Of a stretch of DNA of 64,000 bases, positions 26,910-37,768 are shown in pieces (the stretch's first letter is position 1; every line of letters starts with the position of its first letter). The notes under the pieces are model-generated. The model searched no databases. It worked only from the letters and a program-made list of their open reading frames with translations, and was not told where the DNA came from. The position numbers and the translations under genes were made by a program. This DNA comes from an uncultured Chlamydiae bacterium (GTDB lineage Bacteria > Chlamydiota > Chlamydiia > Chlamydiales > JAJFMA01): the NCBI GenBank assembly GCA_963713615.1, contig CAVQMM010000001.1, forward strand, positions 320,001-384,000, given 5' to 3'.

Positions 26910-29900
26910 CTATGCTTGGATTCGGCTGAAGTCGAGGAGCCTCCCAAACAGCCCCAAGACACGTTGAAGCAAGGCAATGCGGTTCTGCTGAACTGCAGGG
27001 TCATCGGCTAGGATTTTGACCTCATCAAAGAGCGATGCAAGGGGTTGCTGAAGCTCTGCTATAAGAACATAGGCTTGCTCATAGTTCTGCTGTTGCAGGG
27101 CTTGCAAGAATGGCCCTTCAAGCGTTTGTAGGCGCTGATCGAGGTTTATCTCGGCCTTTTCACTGAGCAGAGCAGGGGAAAAGGTGGCGATTTTTTGACC
27201 ATCGAGCTGACCACTAGCGCGCTTAAATACTTCAAATAGCAGAGGGAAGCGGTTGTCGGTTGCACGGAAGTCGTGAAGAGCTTTGACGCGTAGGAAGGTG
27301 TCATAGATGTCGCTAACAGCCTGTGCCAAGCTGGCTTCGATCTCATCTTTGCGAACGTCGTATTCTAGGAAGACTGTTTTTACACGGCTGGTGACAAAGG
27401 CTTCCACCTCTTTGAGGACTTGGGCTTTTTGTGCGTGATATTTCTGGGGGAAGTGGTCAAAACAGAGGTCGAAGAGTTGTGGTAGCTGCAGGCGGTATCC
27501 GCCGCGGATGAGAATGCGCACAATACCTAAAACCTGGCGTCGTAGAGCATAGGGGTCACTGGAGGATGTGGGCTTTAGCCCTACAGCAAAGCAACCGAGA
27601 ATGTTGTCCACCTTTTCAGCTAGGCTAACGAGTGTGCCGGCGTCTGAAGTAGGCAGCGGAGCCCCTTCACCGCGTGGCATCCAATGCTCTTCGATGGCTA
27701 GAGCGACCTCATTGTTTTCTCCGTGAGCTTTGGCATAGTAGCGGCCGATGGTCCCTTGAAGCTCGGGGAACTCCCCAACCATGGCTGAGGCGAGGTCTGC
27801 TTTACAGAAAAGAGCCGCCCTTTCGGCAGTGGCGAGGTCGCCGAGAGGCAGAAGGTTATGTAGGACTTTGACGTGTTTGATCAGCCTTTCAACTTTTTCA
27901 TAGATCGTTCCAAGGTCCTTCTGAAAGGTGATGTGTTTTAGTTTCGCGTTGAAACTAGTCAGAGTTGTTTTGAGGTCCTGGTTGTAAAGAAACGCGCCAT
28001 CTTTAAGTCGTGCAGAAAGAACTTTGCGGTTGCCGTGGCGGATGGAGTCTGTCGGTTGGGTGTCTGCAGTGATAACGAAGAGGTTCTTAAGTGTTCCATT
28101 GGCATCGGCTACCGGGAAGTACTTTTGGTGCTCAACCATTTCGGATGTAAGGACTTCGTGAGGGATACTGAGGAAGGCTGGATCAAAATCGGAATAGGTC
28201 AGAGCTGGCCATTCGACTAGATAAAGGACTTGTGGTATGACCTTTTCCCGATACAATAATTGTGCCTTCAGCTCTTTCTCGAGCGCATCAATTTGTTTTT
28301 CAATATCGGCTCTGCGCGTTTCGATATCAGCCAAAACCCAATGCTTCTTGAGCGTTTCGATGTAGGCATCGGCCTGAGGGATGGTGAATTGACCAGGACA
28401 GCGTTGGCGATGCCCTTCTGAAGTATTGCCACTCACGAGGTCACCGACAGCAAAGGGGATCACCGTGTCGTCGATGAGGGCGACCACCCACTTCAGCGGA
28501 CGCGCATAGGTGAGTTCGGAGGTGCCCCAGTGCATTTTTTTGGGAAATTCGAGGTCTACAATGACCTTCGGCAATGCCTCCGCCAGTATAGCCGCTGTGG
28601 AGCGCCCCTCGGTTTTGATTAGAGCAAAGAGGTAGCGGTCTCCCTTGACTTCACGGATTTCTAGTTCGGGATCTGTGCCGGCGATGATCGTCTCATAGGA
28701 TGGAATAACCTTTCCTATCGAGCGGAAAAAACCTTCCGCAGCCTTCGTGGGGTTATGGTCACTGTCGAAAGCATTTGCCAAAGCAGGGCCACGACGTTCG
28801 GTGGCTTCGGCAGGACGACCTAGGGCCAGACCATGGATGCTAACGGCCAGTCTGCGCGGCGTGCCATAGATGGCGACGGATTCATAGGGAATGCCTTCCT
28901 TGCTGAGGATCTGTTCTAGGGCCTTCTGTAGGTTTGCCGTGCCCTTTGGAACGAATGTAGCAGGAAGCTCCTCAGAGCCGATCTCCAGGAGGAAAGTCCC
29001 CTTAGCTGAAGGAGATGCTTTGGCGAGCTTTTCGGGCAACGCACCCACTTGCACTGGAGTGGATTTGGTTTCTGGGGCATGGCGCAGTAGGGGGAATCCA
29101 AGACGCTCGCGGCTGGCAACATATTCCTGTGCCACAAGGCAAGCGAGATCGCGAATGCGTGCGATGTAGCCTGTGCGTTCCGTCACGGAAAAATAGCGAC
29201 GTGCATCTAACATATTAAACGCGTGGCTGGCTTTCATCACAAAGTCATAGGCCGGTATGGGAAGCTTGAGCTCTAGGAGATAACGAGCTTCGCGTTCGTA
29301 GTCGGCAAAATGGCGGAACCACATATCGGTAGAAGCATGCTCAAAATTATAGGTGCTCCATTCGATTTCGCTGGCGAGGTAGATATCGCCATATGTGAGT
29401 GTATCGTTCCACTGAAGATCATAGACGTTATCAACCTTCTGAAGGTACATGGCCAAACGTTCCAGGCCAATGGTCAGCTCTCCAGTAATTGGCTTTAGAG
29501 TTATCCCACCGACGCTTTGGAAGTAGGTATATTGGGTGATTTCCATGCCATCGCTCCAGACCTCCCAGCCCAATCCCCAAGCGCCCAAGGTCGGGGACTC
29601 CCAATCATCATGGACGAAACGGATGTCGTGATCTTTCAGATTTAGGCCGACAGCTTGCAAGGATTGGAGATAGAGGTCCTGCATATTCGGGGGAGAAGGC
29701 TTGAGGATCACCTGATATTGGAAATAATGCTGCAGGCGGTTAGGATTTTCACCATAGCGACCATCGGTAGGACGTCTGCTGGGTTCGACATAGGCAGCGC
29801 GGTAGGGCTCAGGGCCCAGAGCGCGTAGGAAGGTGGAGGGATTAAAAGTACCAGCACCGACCTCAAGGTCATAGCCTTGAAGAAGTGTACACCCTTGTTC

Positions 29901-29948
29901 ATGCCAAAAGTTTGAAAGACGCTGAATGAGTTGCTGAAATGTGAGCAT
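26910..29948 (-). CDS. glyQS: Glycine--tRNA ligase, fused alpha/beta subunits
   Basis: Alpha motifs ([30 protein letters not shown]) run in one frame into beta motifs ([25 protein letters not shown]). Start at MLTFQQ (29948). Confidence 0.96.
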   Translation of the reverse strand: MLTFQQLIQRLSNFWHEQGCTLLQGYDLEVGAGTFNPSTFLRALGPEPYRAAYVEPSRRPTDGRYGENPNRLQHYFQYQVILKPSPPNMQDLYLQSLQAVGLNLKDHDIRFVHDDWESPTLGAWGLGWEVWSDGMEITQYTYFQSVGGITLKPITGELTIGLERLAMYLQKVDNVYDLQWNDTLTYGDIYLASEIEWSTYNFEHASTDMWFRHFADYEREARYLLELKLPIPAYDFVMKASHAFNMLDARRYFSVTERTGYIARIRDLACLVAQEYVASRERLGFPLLRHAPETKSTPVQVGALPEKLAKASPSAKGTFLLEIGSEELPATFVPKGTANLQKALEQILSKEGIPYESVAIYGTPRRLAVSIHGLALGRPAEATERRGPALANAFDSDHNPTKAAEGFFRSIGKVIPSYETIIAGTDPELEIREVKGDRYLFALIKTEGRSTAAILAEALPKVIVDLEFPKKMHWGTSELTYARPLKWVVALIDDTVIPFAVGDLVSGNTSEGHRQRCPGQFTIPQADAYIETLKKHWVLADIETRRADIEKQIDALEKELKAQLLYREKVIPQVLYLVEWPALTYSDFDPAFLSIPHEVLTSEMVEHQKYFPVADANGTLKNLFVITADTQPTDSIRHGNRKVLSARLKDGAFLYNQDLKTTLTSFNAKLKHITFQKDLGTIYEKVERLIKHVKVLHNLLPLGDLATAERAALFCKADLASAMVGEFPELQGTIGRYYAKAHGENNEVALAIEEHWMPRGEGAPLPTSDAGTLVSLAEKVDNILGCFAVGLKPTSSSDPYALRRQVLGIVRILIRGGYRLQLPQLFDLCFDHFPQKYHAQKAQVLKEVEAFVTSRVKTVFLEYDVRKDEIEASLAQAVSDIYDTFLRVKALHDFRATDNRFPLLFEVFKRASGQLDGQKIATFSPALLSEKAEINLDQRLQTLEGPFLQALQQQNYEQAYVLIAELQQPLASLFDEVKILADDPAVQQNRIALLQRVLGLFGRLLDFSRIQA

Positions 29949-30144
29949 AGAATACCTAACCACCTGGCTGTAAATTGTGACGCCAAGTGTACTGCGCAGA
30001 CGCATTTCTCTCAACAGCAGAACGAAGCATCTCATTAATGGATTTGTGATAGTTTGTTCAATTGTTCTGTTTGGATTGACTAAAAGTAGTGACTGTGAAA
30101 AACTAGACACCCTTAGCAAGAATAAACATGTTAAAAAGGGGTAA

Positions 30145-30855
30145 ATGATGGTTTCGATAAAAGATTGCGTTCTTTATGTTCCTTTGGTTGCGGCATCAAC
30201 TGCGGGTTTTGCTGGCGCTGTAGGTGGATTAATATGGCGTGAGGCCAATGGCATCGAGCATACCTTTAAGATTACTAAAGATGTTGTTGAGAATGCATGT
30301 AAGGACTTTACCTTCCTTAAGGCCATTAACGATCCAATGCAGGAGCTTGCCAAGGATCAAATCGGCTACAAATACTGCTTTTCTGGGCTATGCCTTACAT
30401 TGAAAAATAGCGGTCCAGCAGTGTTATGCCTCAGTATTTTAGGGCTATCCTATTTTGCTGCTAAAATAGATAAAAAAACTAAGTGGATGGGGATATTAGC
30501 AGGCGCTTTGCCCATGGCTATGGGTATTTTGGCGGATCGGAACATTCAGCCGTTGTGGGCTGATGCATTGGGATCCGTGGGATTTAGCCTAGAAGCTTCC
30601 GGACACATAGCGATGATGTCAGCTGTTGGTCTAGCCTTAGGATTAGCCGACCGTTGCGCCAGCAATACCAAGAGTTGGAGCTTGGTACGAGTTATAACAG
30701 CGTCGATTGCTCTTGCCTACAGTATTGGCACGGCTGTTTTGGTATTTAATACCGCTGCTTGTCGTCACACCGTGGTCGAAGTTCTAGATGGGATATCTTG
30801 GTTTGGAACAGTTGGGATTATTTTGAGTGGAATCGCTGTGGTTGCTTCCCGCTAG
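30145..30855 (+). CDS. Multi-pass membrane protein with PAP2-like SGH and HxxxExxxG motifs
   Basis: ASGHIAMM and [11 protein letters not shown]; paralogous to the N-terminal half of 31509..32966. Confidence 0.7.
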   Translation: MMVSIKDCVLYVPLVAASTAGFAGAVGGLIWREANGIEHTFKITKDVVENACKDFTFLKAINDPMQELAKDQIGYKYCFSGLCLTLKNSGPAVLCLSILGLSYFAAKIDKKTKWMGILAGALPMAMGILADRNIQPLWADALGSVGFSLEASGHIAMMSAVGLALGLADRCASNTKSWSLVRVITASIALAYSIGTAVLVFNTAACRHTVVEVLDGISWFGTVGIILSGIAVVASR

Positions 30856-30889
30856 TATTTAGACCCTAGCGGTAGGAAAGGACTTTAAG

Positions 30890-31013
30890 CAGCAATTCCC
30901 GCTAAAAAATGACATAACACCCCAGAATGGGGTGTAAGAGATTAGCCCAGGGTCAGGCCGCCCCGATAGGGGCAACGCAACCCTGGGTAGAGGTGAATTA
31001 GCGGGAATTGCTG
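30890..31013. mobile_element. Element D: 124-bp MITE with 16-bp perfect TIR and 9-bp TSD
   Basis: CAGCAATTCCCGCTAA / TTAGCGGGAATTGCTG. GACTTTAAG at 30881-30889 and 31014-31022. Confidence 0.88.
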
Positions 31014-31021
31014 GACTTTAA

Positions 31022-31301
31022 GTGGTAATTGCAAAACTATTTGAGCCTTTGAGAATCGCCTTCTCGCAGAAAAAGGGGCCTTGTTCACCTTTACGGTCAG
31101 AATTTCGGTCGGACGAAAAAGGTCGGATGTCGTGGTTTGTGACGAGGGCATAGCGCCAGCTATGTCCGAGGAGCAAAACGCGACAGACGATCCTTTTGCA
31201 GTCGACCGAAAACTGACCGCAAAGGTGAATAAGGCCGAAAAAGGTAACCTTTTTTCCTAAGAATCGATCCTTAAGGGCTCAAATAATTTTGCAATTACCT
31301 C
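31022..31301. mobile_element. Short element B derivative (no REP-doublet core) containing element C
   Basis: GTGGTAATTGCAAAACTATTTGAGCC ... GGCTCAAATAATTTTGCAATTACCTC. Confidence 0.75.
31077..31236 (-). mobile_element. Element C copy 2 (160 bp, 8-bp TSD)
   Basis: Reverse complement identical by eye to 11227-11386. GAAAAAGG duplicated at 31069-31076 and 31237-31244. Confidence 0.92.
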
Positions 31302-31345
31302 CTCCTATCTCCGTGCTCTCTGTGGTAAAATTCTAAAAAGCCCCA
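31302..31345. repeat. Family A right arm (partial)
   Basis: CTCCTATCTCCGTGCTCTCTGTGGTAAAATTCTAAAAAGCCCCAC. Confidence 0.65.
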
Positions 31346-31508
31346 CAAATTTTAAAAAACGAAACTAACCAAATAGATGAACTAATGCGTTCACCTGTTT
31401 GGTTAGTTTATTTTTTTGTTTTAAACATATAATTTTAAAACTATTTATTGTGAATAATAATGAGACTGTATATAATGGTTTGAGATAGTAAAAAACATTG
31501 GAGATATT

Positions 31509-32966
31509 ATGATAATAGATCAAGGTGTTAATAATCATCAGCAAATCAATCATCAACAGCCAGCAATCAAGCGTGGTTCAATAGTTGGTAAGGCTTTATC
31601 TTACTCGGCGACTATTGGAACGATGGCCGGGGTGGCCGTAGGCTGGTATCAAAGAATCTCGGAAAACATGCTGCCGGATTTCAAGTCTAAGGCTTTATGT
31701 GTCACGAAGTTCAATAGCCCAATCATGCAGACGATGAATGCGGGTATGCAGGCATATATTAAAACTGGGCTAAAGTATGTTATTCCCGGGGTTAGCATAG
31801 CTTTGCTGACAGTGCCACCAGTCGTGCGCGGGATCAATGCTTGGCGTAGCGAGGGAGGCGACAAATCGTTGGTTCGCCATATTGTGGATGCTGGCAAAAC
31901 GGTGTCTTGGAGCAAGGTTGCATTAGCTGCGTCATTAGTTGGACTAGCTATGGTGACAGGAGCTAATCGTTCCTTTTGGATTTCTAATTTACCTTTTATC
32001 AATAGCGACAATCCTTCTGGACACACCATGATGCAAGCAACACTAGGGATAGCCAACGGCTTGGCAGGTCAGGCCGCGTCGGAAAGTGGTTGGAAGAAGA
32101 TGTCTCTCTTAATTAATGTGGCAGCTCTTGGGATTGGGATTGCTAATGTCGTCTTTTTGGGGAATACATCCTATGCTTGTCACACAGTTCTTGAGGTTGT
32201 AGAAGGTATAGAGTGGGCAGCAACTTTAGTCGCTGTTTCCTATGTTGCTGTTAAAATCATCGGGATGATGATGCCCCGCGCCGACGCAGCAAAAGTTGCC
32301 ATAGACCAGGCTTTGGCTAGATATGACACCATGATAAAACAGTTTAAAAGCAATCACCAAGATAATTTACCTATTGAAATGACACGGGAAGGGCTGGGGC
32401 GTGTTAAACCGGAGAATCGTGAGTACCATGATTTCCATGAGGTTTATGGCAGCCAGGTTGTAGCAGCATCAGACCTGTCAGGTTACCACCGAATTCTTCC
32501 TAACTTGTTTTTAGGAAACGGCCAGTCGCCCGACTTCGTGGGTCAAATGAAAGTCAAAAACGTGCTTAGCTTGATAAAATCGGGAGGAGCATTTAACGTC
32601 CCAGCGGGGATTAATCATATCATTACGGAAGTTCACGATTGTGCTAGTCGAGAAAATTATTTAAAGCTAGATGAGCTTGCTGACACCATCAAGCAGGGTG
32701 TTGACAACGGAGGAATTCTGGTTCACTGCTCCATGGGTGCATCGAGAAGTGCTACTGCTGTTCTCGCTTATCTAATTAAGTACCACAATCTTGATCTAGA
32801 ACAAGCACTTGCTGTTGCGAGGGATACACGGACACTTGTTCAGCCCAATGCAGGGTTTATCATGTCACTAAGCGTGTTTGAGTTGGCAAAGAGTAATAAC
32901 CTCCCCCAAAATGAGGCTGTGGACATATTCGATTCAGCGTTGGAAGATCAGTTTCCGCAGAACTAA
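31509..32966 (+). CDS. Membrane PAP2-like domain fused to a dual-specificity protein phosphatase domain
   Basis: N-terminal half has PSGH and CHTVLEVVEG. C-terminal half has ILPNLFLG, LVHCSMGASRSAT (CX5R) and R..VQPNAGF. Confidence 0.85.
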   Translation: MIIDQGVNNHQQINHQQPAIKRGSIVGKALSYSATIGTMAGVAVGWYQRISENMLPDFKSKALCVTKFNSPIMQTMNAGMQAYIKTGLKYVIPGVSIALLTVPPVVRGINAWRSEGGDKSLVRHIVDAGKTVSWSKVALAASLVGLAMVTGANRSFWISNLPFINSDNPSGHTMMQATLGIANGLAGQAASESGWKKMSLLINVAALGIGIANVVFLGNTSYACHTVLEVVEGIEWAATLVAVSYVAVKIIGMMMPRADAAKVAIDQALARYDTMIKQFKSNHQDNLPIEMTREGLGRVKPENREYHDFHEVYGSQVVAASDLSGYHRILPNLFLGNGQSPDFVGQMKVKNVLSLIKSGGAFNVPAGINHIITEVHDCASRENYLKLDELADTIKQGVDNGGILVHCSMGASRSATAVLAYLIKYHNLDLEQALAVARDTRTLVQPNAGFIMSLSVFELAKSNNLPQNEAVDIFDSALEDQFPQN

Positions 32967-32996
32967 CTGACGCTTGTCACAACTAACAAGTGATGG

Positions 32997-33028
32997 AAAA
33001 AAAGCCCCGCCTAAAGCGGGGCTTTTTT
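32997..33028. terminator. Bidirectional-type intrinsic terminator
   Basis: A7-GCCCCGC-CTAAA-GCGGGGC-T6. Confidence 0.85.
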
Positions 33029-33266
33029 GTTGCCATGGGTTGCAAGAAGGTTTCTCTCATGATTTAATGACCCCTTGACCTTTCCTATACTCCGTCTTGA
33101 CATGTATGCTTTAACATAGTGCGTAGAAACAATGACTTTTGGAGTAGTCAGACTTTGTCTTCGGCGCCCCTCATATTCAATCATAAGTTTGAATAAATTG
33201 TTTACTTTTGATATTCGGCATACAGCCTCTTAGAGATAATAAATAAAAAAATCGAGGATTAAGTTT

Positions 33267-33938
33267 ATGAACATATCGTGTGCAGCTTCCTATGGGGATG
33301 CATTTATCGACAATTGCTTGGGAACATCAAAATATAAAGATGCCAAGTCGGTTATAAAGGCATATCAAAACGGTCAGATAGATACTGGTACGGAAAGGCG
33401 GTTGCAGGTTGGCCATATGGCTCAGGCGGGATTGTGTATTCCCAGACTAGCCTTAGAGGTATCTATTGGGGGGATATCAGCCATAGCAACGGCCATATTG
33501 TTGCCTTGGTATGGAGGGGCTGCTGTTGGGATGATAGCCAATGAGCTTGAGCTACGCGCTATGGCCATCGTGGCTGTTGGTGGTACGCTAGCGCTTTATG
33601 GATTTGTGACTTTTGTTGTGATAAGTTCATTAAGCATATCCGCCCCCGCATTAGTAGCTGGAGGCATATGTGCGACAGTGGCTATGGGCATCCTTCAACA
33701 ATTTATGGGCCATGAGCACTTATCCGCTGGACGCGATTTCACAAGGCATATTCGGTGGGCTGTAAATCCTTGCAAAGCGGCGCATGCAGAGATTCAAGAA
33801 CAGCGACAACGCTGTCTGGACTATGTTGCAATAGCAGCAAAGGTTAGTGTCATGGTTGTAGCGGTTATGGTAACTGTTAGTCTGCGTTATGCTCCCTACC
33901 AAGTTGGTCAGTTAATTGGATCACTTTTTTCTAGGTAG
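33267..33938 (+). CDS. Hypothetical membrane protein, Inc-like; paralog of 33986..34669
   Basis: Long central hydrophobic stretch; shared YGD...CL, PRLALEV, LVAGGIC, RDF..H..WA and EQRQRC. Confidence 0.8.
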   Translation: MNISCAASYGDAFIDNCLGTSKYKDAKSVIKAYQNGQIDTGTERRLQVGHMAQAGLCIPRLALEVSIGGISAIATAILLPWYGGAAVGMIANELELRAMAIVAVGGTLALYGFVTFVVISSLSISAPALVAGGICATVAMGILQQFMGHEHLSAGRDFTRHIRWAVNPCKAAHAEIQEQRQRCLDYVAIAAKVSVMVVAVMVTVSLRYAPYQVGQLIGSLFSR

Positions 33939-33985
33939 GGCTTTGAGGGGCTGTGGCGTGCGCATCTTAAAAAAAGGAGGGGTCT

Positions 33986-34669
33986 ATGAACGTAGGAACT
34001 ATGATTCCTTACGGGGACGTTTTATTCGACAAATGCCTGGCGACGCCAGAGTATGAAGAAGCTAAAGCTGTCGTACAAGCCTATGAAAACCGTCAGATAG
34101 ATGCTAGTTCGGAAAGGTGGATGCAGGCGCGGCACGTTGCTGACGCGGGATTTTGCGTGCCCAGGTTAGCCTTAGAAGTGCTCATTGATGGCATTTCAAG
34201 TATAGCAATCGCTATGTTGATTCCTATGGCTGGAGTTGTTGCTGTCGTGGCTGTAGCGGAGTGCCTAGGGTTGTCCATTGTGGCTACAGTGGTCGCTAGC
34301 GGAGCCTTCTCGATTTATGGATTTGTGACGCGCCTTGTCGTGAATTCATTGACTACTTCGGGACCCACATTAGTAGCTGGAGGCATCTGCGTTGCAGTGG
34401 CCATTGGGGTTCTTCGTCAGCTTATAGGCTACGGAAATCTCGGGGCAGCGCGGGATTTCAGGAGCCATCTCAAGTGGGCTGCGGACCCTCTTAGGGCTGC
34501 GCGCGCAGACCTTGAGGAGCAGAGACAACGTTGCTGGAATCGCTTTACCACCGGAGTGACGATTGGTGTTGGGGTGGCAGCGCTGGCGGTATTAGCGAGT
34601 TTTCGTTTTGGACATAATGTGTATCATAATGCCATTCGGTTGCATGGCTTTTTTGGTCAGGGCTTCTGA
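33986..34669 (+). CDS. Hypothetical membrane protein, Inc-like; tandem paralog
   Basis: AGGAGG RBS; same motifs as 33267..33938. Confidence 0.8.
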   Translation: MNVGTMIPYGDVLFDKCLATPEYEEAKAVVQAYENRQIDASSERWMQARHVADAGFCVPRLALEVLIDGISSIAIAMLIPMAGVVAVVAVAECLGLSIVATVVASGAFSIYGFVTRLVVNSLTTSGPTLVAGGICVAVAIGVLRQLIGYGNLGAARDFRSHLKWAADPLRAARADLEEQRQRCWNRFTTGVTIGVGVAALAVLASFRFGHNVYHNAIRLHGFFGQGF

Positions 34670-34712
34670 GGGGCGGCAGTTCGTGGGGCTTTTTTAACGC
34701 GAAGGCGCAAAG

Positions 34713-34835
34713 AAGAGCTCACGTTTGTTTTTCAACGAGTTTTGAGTGAAAACTTCGCTCTTGTTTAAAAAAAAGAAAGAACGTAGAAATGTATTTGTAA
34801 ACGACTAAATTGCGTAGACACAAACGTGAGCTCTT
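34713..34835. repeat. Element G: 123-bp AT-rich segment bounded by a 16-bp perfect IR
   Basis: AAGAGCTCACGTTTGT / ACAAACGTGAGCTCTT. No TSD seen; single copy in the window. Confidence 0.6.
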
Positions 34836-35059
34836 CACAATCGTCACTCGGCGCGAAGCGCTTTGGAGTGCGGTCGCTCGCGACCGCTTTGGATTTGGGT
34901 GAATGTGCTGTGTCACACAGTTTCCCGTTAAATCGTCAAGCCTTCTAGATACCCTTAAAGAGGAAAAGTAAAGATTCGTAAGGTACCTAGTTCGCCCAAA
35001 TCCAAAGCGGTCGCGAGCGACCGCACTCCAAAGCGCTTCGCGCCGAGTGGCGATTGTGA
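34835..35059. repeat. Family F REP-doublet
   Basis: TCACAATCGTCACTCGGCGCGAAGCGCTTTGGAGTGCGGTCGCTCGCGACCGCTTTGGATTTGGG and its inverse. Confidence 0.88.
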
Positions 35060-35112
35060 CTCCAAAGCGCCTCCAATTCTTCCGAAGAACCTAAAAAAGT
35101 TATACGAACCTT

Positions 35113-35952
35113 ATGACTAAAGAGTGGGATATTTTATCGACGTCACAGGTGAAATACCATGATTTTGCCTACCCGCTAGTCAGCATCATCATTCCGACTT
35201 ATAACCAAAGTCAGTCGCTGCCGACCACTCTGCAAAGCATTTTGGAGCAGGACTACCCTTCTTATGAGATTATCGTCGTAGATGCTGCATCGACAGATCG
35301 CACGTTGGAGGTCGTTAAGAGTTATCGATCTAAACGCGTGCGCATCCTATCCGTCAGTGACTACAGCCGTTATGAGATGCTTAATAAAGGCATTTCGCAT
35401 GCTAAGGGCGAATATATTAATATGTTATTTCCGGGCGATTTCTATATTCATTATCAGGCTATTAGGCAGATGATAGACCTCGCCTTGGATCATGCTAACC
35501 CACATCTGGTCTATTGCGGATGTGTTCTACACGAGGCAAACACACAAATTAAGGCCTTGAATCGCCCGCTGACTCTTGAGCTGCTAAAGAGTGGACGCCA
35601 GCCCACCAGCCTTCAGTCGTGCTGGATACGTTCAGATACTTTTCGTCTTATCGGTAAATTCCCAACGGAATACACGATGCGAGGTGGTTTTGACTTCTTC
35701 TGTCGGTTTTGTTTGGCGGACATGCGTTTTGTTTCTACAACTCGGGTGCTTACGGATTATGATCTTCGGGGGACGGACCGACAGTCGCTGTTTAGACATT
35801 TTTGGGAGACCGGTAGCTCGTTATACCGGCGTTTCGGGTGGGCGGTTGTGCTGCGATGGCTGTTTTTTAGGCAGCGCGATGTAAGCCATTACGCGCAACA
35901 TTGGTTGCGTCGTTTGCGCACAGCTTTTCTTGGGCATAGTCTAAAATCCTAA
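35113..35952 (+). CDS. Glycosyltransferase family 2 protein
   Basis: PLVSIIIPTYN, EIIVVDAASTDRT, LNKGISHAKGEY. Confidence 0.9.
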   Translation: MTKEWDILSTSQVKYHDFAYPLVSIIIPTYNQSQSLPTTLQSILEQDYPSYEIIVVDAASTDRTLEVVKSYRSKRVRILSVSDYSRYEMLNKGISHAKGEYINMLFPGDFYIHYQAIRQMIDLALDHANPHLVYCGCVLHEANTQIKALNRPLTLELLKSGRQPTSLQSCWIRSDTFRLIGKFPTEYTMRGGFDFFCRFCLADMRFVSTTRVLTDYDLRGTDRQSLFRHFWETGSSLYRRFGWAVVLRWLFFRQRDVSHYAQHWLRRLRTAFLGHSLKS

Positions 35953-35998
35953 AAGCTTATATAGGTGGAGGAAGCCTTTGCATAGGGGATTCTCCAGA

Positions 35999-37768
35999 AT
36001 GAAGCAGTTTTTAACTTTTGCCGATGTCCTTAACCATATCGGAAGCACTTATTCTAATCCGAAAGCCTTCAATTTGCAGGATGGCAAAGGCGAATGGGTC
36101 TCTGAGTCTTCACAAAGTTTTGTGCAAAAAGTGAAGTTTTTGGCGCTAGGCTTAGTGAAACGAGGGCTAGTACATCCTGGAGAAAAAGTCGGTTTGATGG
36201 GCAGACCCTGCCCAAATTGGACGATTGCCGACTTTGCCATTGCGATAGCAGGTGGGATTACGGTACCTCTATTCGGAAATATTTCTCCTGAAAATCTCAT
36301 TTTTGAAGTCGAGCAGACCGAGGTAAAGACCCTTTTTGTCGAAGGCGAGGCAGAGTGGATAAAGTATGGTCAACACCGCGACCTCTTTCAGACCGTGGTC
36401 GCCTTAGAGGAGCGCTGTCCTGACGATACCGCCATCCATCTCGCTGATTTACTAGCTGAGGGTGAGCTTTTTGATAAGGAGCAACCACACTATTATGAAA
36501 CCTTAATGCAGGCAGTCAAGCCTGACAATGTTTCATCGATTATTTATAGCAGTGGAAGCACAGGCAGACCCAAGGGAGTTGAACTCACGCAGAGACAGTT
36601 GGTCGAGTTGATCCACCTGGATCCGTTTGGATGGGACGCTGAAAGTGACCGTTACCTAAGTTTTCTTCCACTAGCGCACATTTTTGCGCGGTGTTTGAAC
36701 TACATTATGGTAGCGCATGGTGTGAGTATTTACTACCTGGAGGATCCAAAGACGCTATTGCAGGCGACACATCATGTGCGTCCGACGATTTTGGTCTTGG
36801 TGCCACGTTTATTAGAAAAGATGCGTGTCAGACTGATTAACCGCATTCACGATTCTGGTTATATGCTGAGCAGGATAGGAGGCTGGGCCCTGCGCTTAGC
36901 GGATCGTGAGGAGGATAGCACGTGGATACGCTTTCAACGCTGGCTAGCGGACTCCCTTGTCTATAACGCGTTTCGTAAGGCCTTTGGCGGTGAGGTGCGG
37001 TTGATCATTTCGGGAGGCGCCAAGTTAAACCCTCATCTAGAAACATTTTTTGTGAACATGGGCTTTCCCATCTATGAGGGCTGGGGAATGACCGAAGGGT
37101 GCCCATTCTCCGTTAACAGAGAAGGCGCTCGCAAGATCGGGAGTGTAGGCCTTCCCTTGACAGGAGTAGAAATTCGCGTCAGTGACGAAGGTGAGTTGAT
37201 CGTGCGTGGTCCTAACGTCATGCGAGGCTATTTCAAAGATCCAGAAGAGACTGCCAGAGCCTTGGACGCCGACGGATGGTTTCATACTGGTGATAAGGGC
37301 TCCATCGACCAAGATGGCTTTGTAACCATTGTAGGACGCGTCAAAGAGATGTACAAGACATCGACCGGAGAGTGGGTGGTGCCGTTGCCTATTGAACAGA
37401 CCTTGGAGAGGCTCCCTTGGGTTGATCACGCCTTGGTGATTGCCGAGGGCCGTCCCTTCTGCACTTGTATCCTTTTTCCGGACTTTGATGCCCTCTACCA
37501 CCTCAAAGCTAGCTACGGCATGACTAATTATAGCGATGCTGAATTTTTAAAGTCTCCACAGGTTCGCGATGCCGTTCTAGCGCATATTAAAGAAATGAAT
37601 CGACATCTGAACCACTGGGAAGAAGTTCGCGACTACCGCTTTGTACAGACAATTCTGACTGTTGAGAGTGGTGAGCTTACACCGACATTAAAGGTGCGTC
37701 GTGATGTAGTGGCTGACAAATATCATGTCCTTATTGACTCAATGTATCAGCGGGAGGTTAAGCCATGA
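35999..37768 (+). CDS. fadD: Long-chain fatty acid--CoA ligase
   Basis: IYSSGSTGRPKGV, FLPLAHIF, EGWGMTE, GWFHTGD, GELTPTLK. Confidence 0.92.
   Translation: MKQFLTFADVLNHIGSTYSNPKAFNLQDGKGEWVSESSQSFVQKVKFLALGLVKRGLVHPGEKVGLMGRPCPNWTIADFAIAIAGGITVPLFGNISPENLIFEVEQTEVKTLFVEGEAEWIKYGQHRDLFQTVVALEERCPDDTAIHLADLLAEGELFDKEQPHYYETLMQAVKPDNVSSIIYSSGSTGRPKGVELTQRQLVELIHLDPFGWDAESDRYLSFLPLAHIFARCLNYIMVAHGVSIYYLEDPKTLLQATHHVRPTILVLVPRLLEKMRVRLINRIHDSGYMLSRIGGWALRLADREEDSTWIRFQRWLADSLVYNAFRKAFGGEVRLIISGGAKLNPHLETFFVNMGFPIYEGWGMTEGCPFSVNREGARKIGSVGLPLTGVEIRVSDEGELIVRGPNVMRGYFKDPEETARALDADGWFHTGDKGSIDQDGFVTIVGRVKEMYKTSTGEWVVPLPIEQTLERLPWVDHALVIAEGRPFCTCILFPDFDALYHLKASYGMTNYSDAEFLKSPQVRDAVLAHIKEMNRHLNHWEEVRDYRFVQTILTVESGELTPTLKVRRDVVADKYHVLIDSMYQREVKP

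Noticed and set aside
29949..30119. 57-aa N-terminal extension of GlyQS in the ORF track
   Set aside because: Homology begins at MLTFQQ (29948); the upstream stretch is the divergent promoter region.
11688..35059. Family F repeats as a CRISPR array
   Set aside because: They occur as dispersed inverted pairs, not direct repeats with uniform unique spacers, and there are no cas genes.
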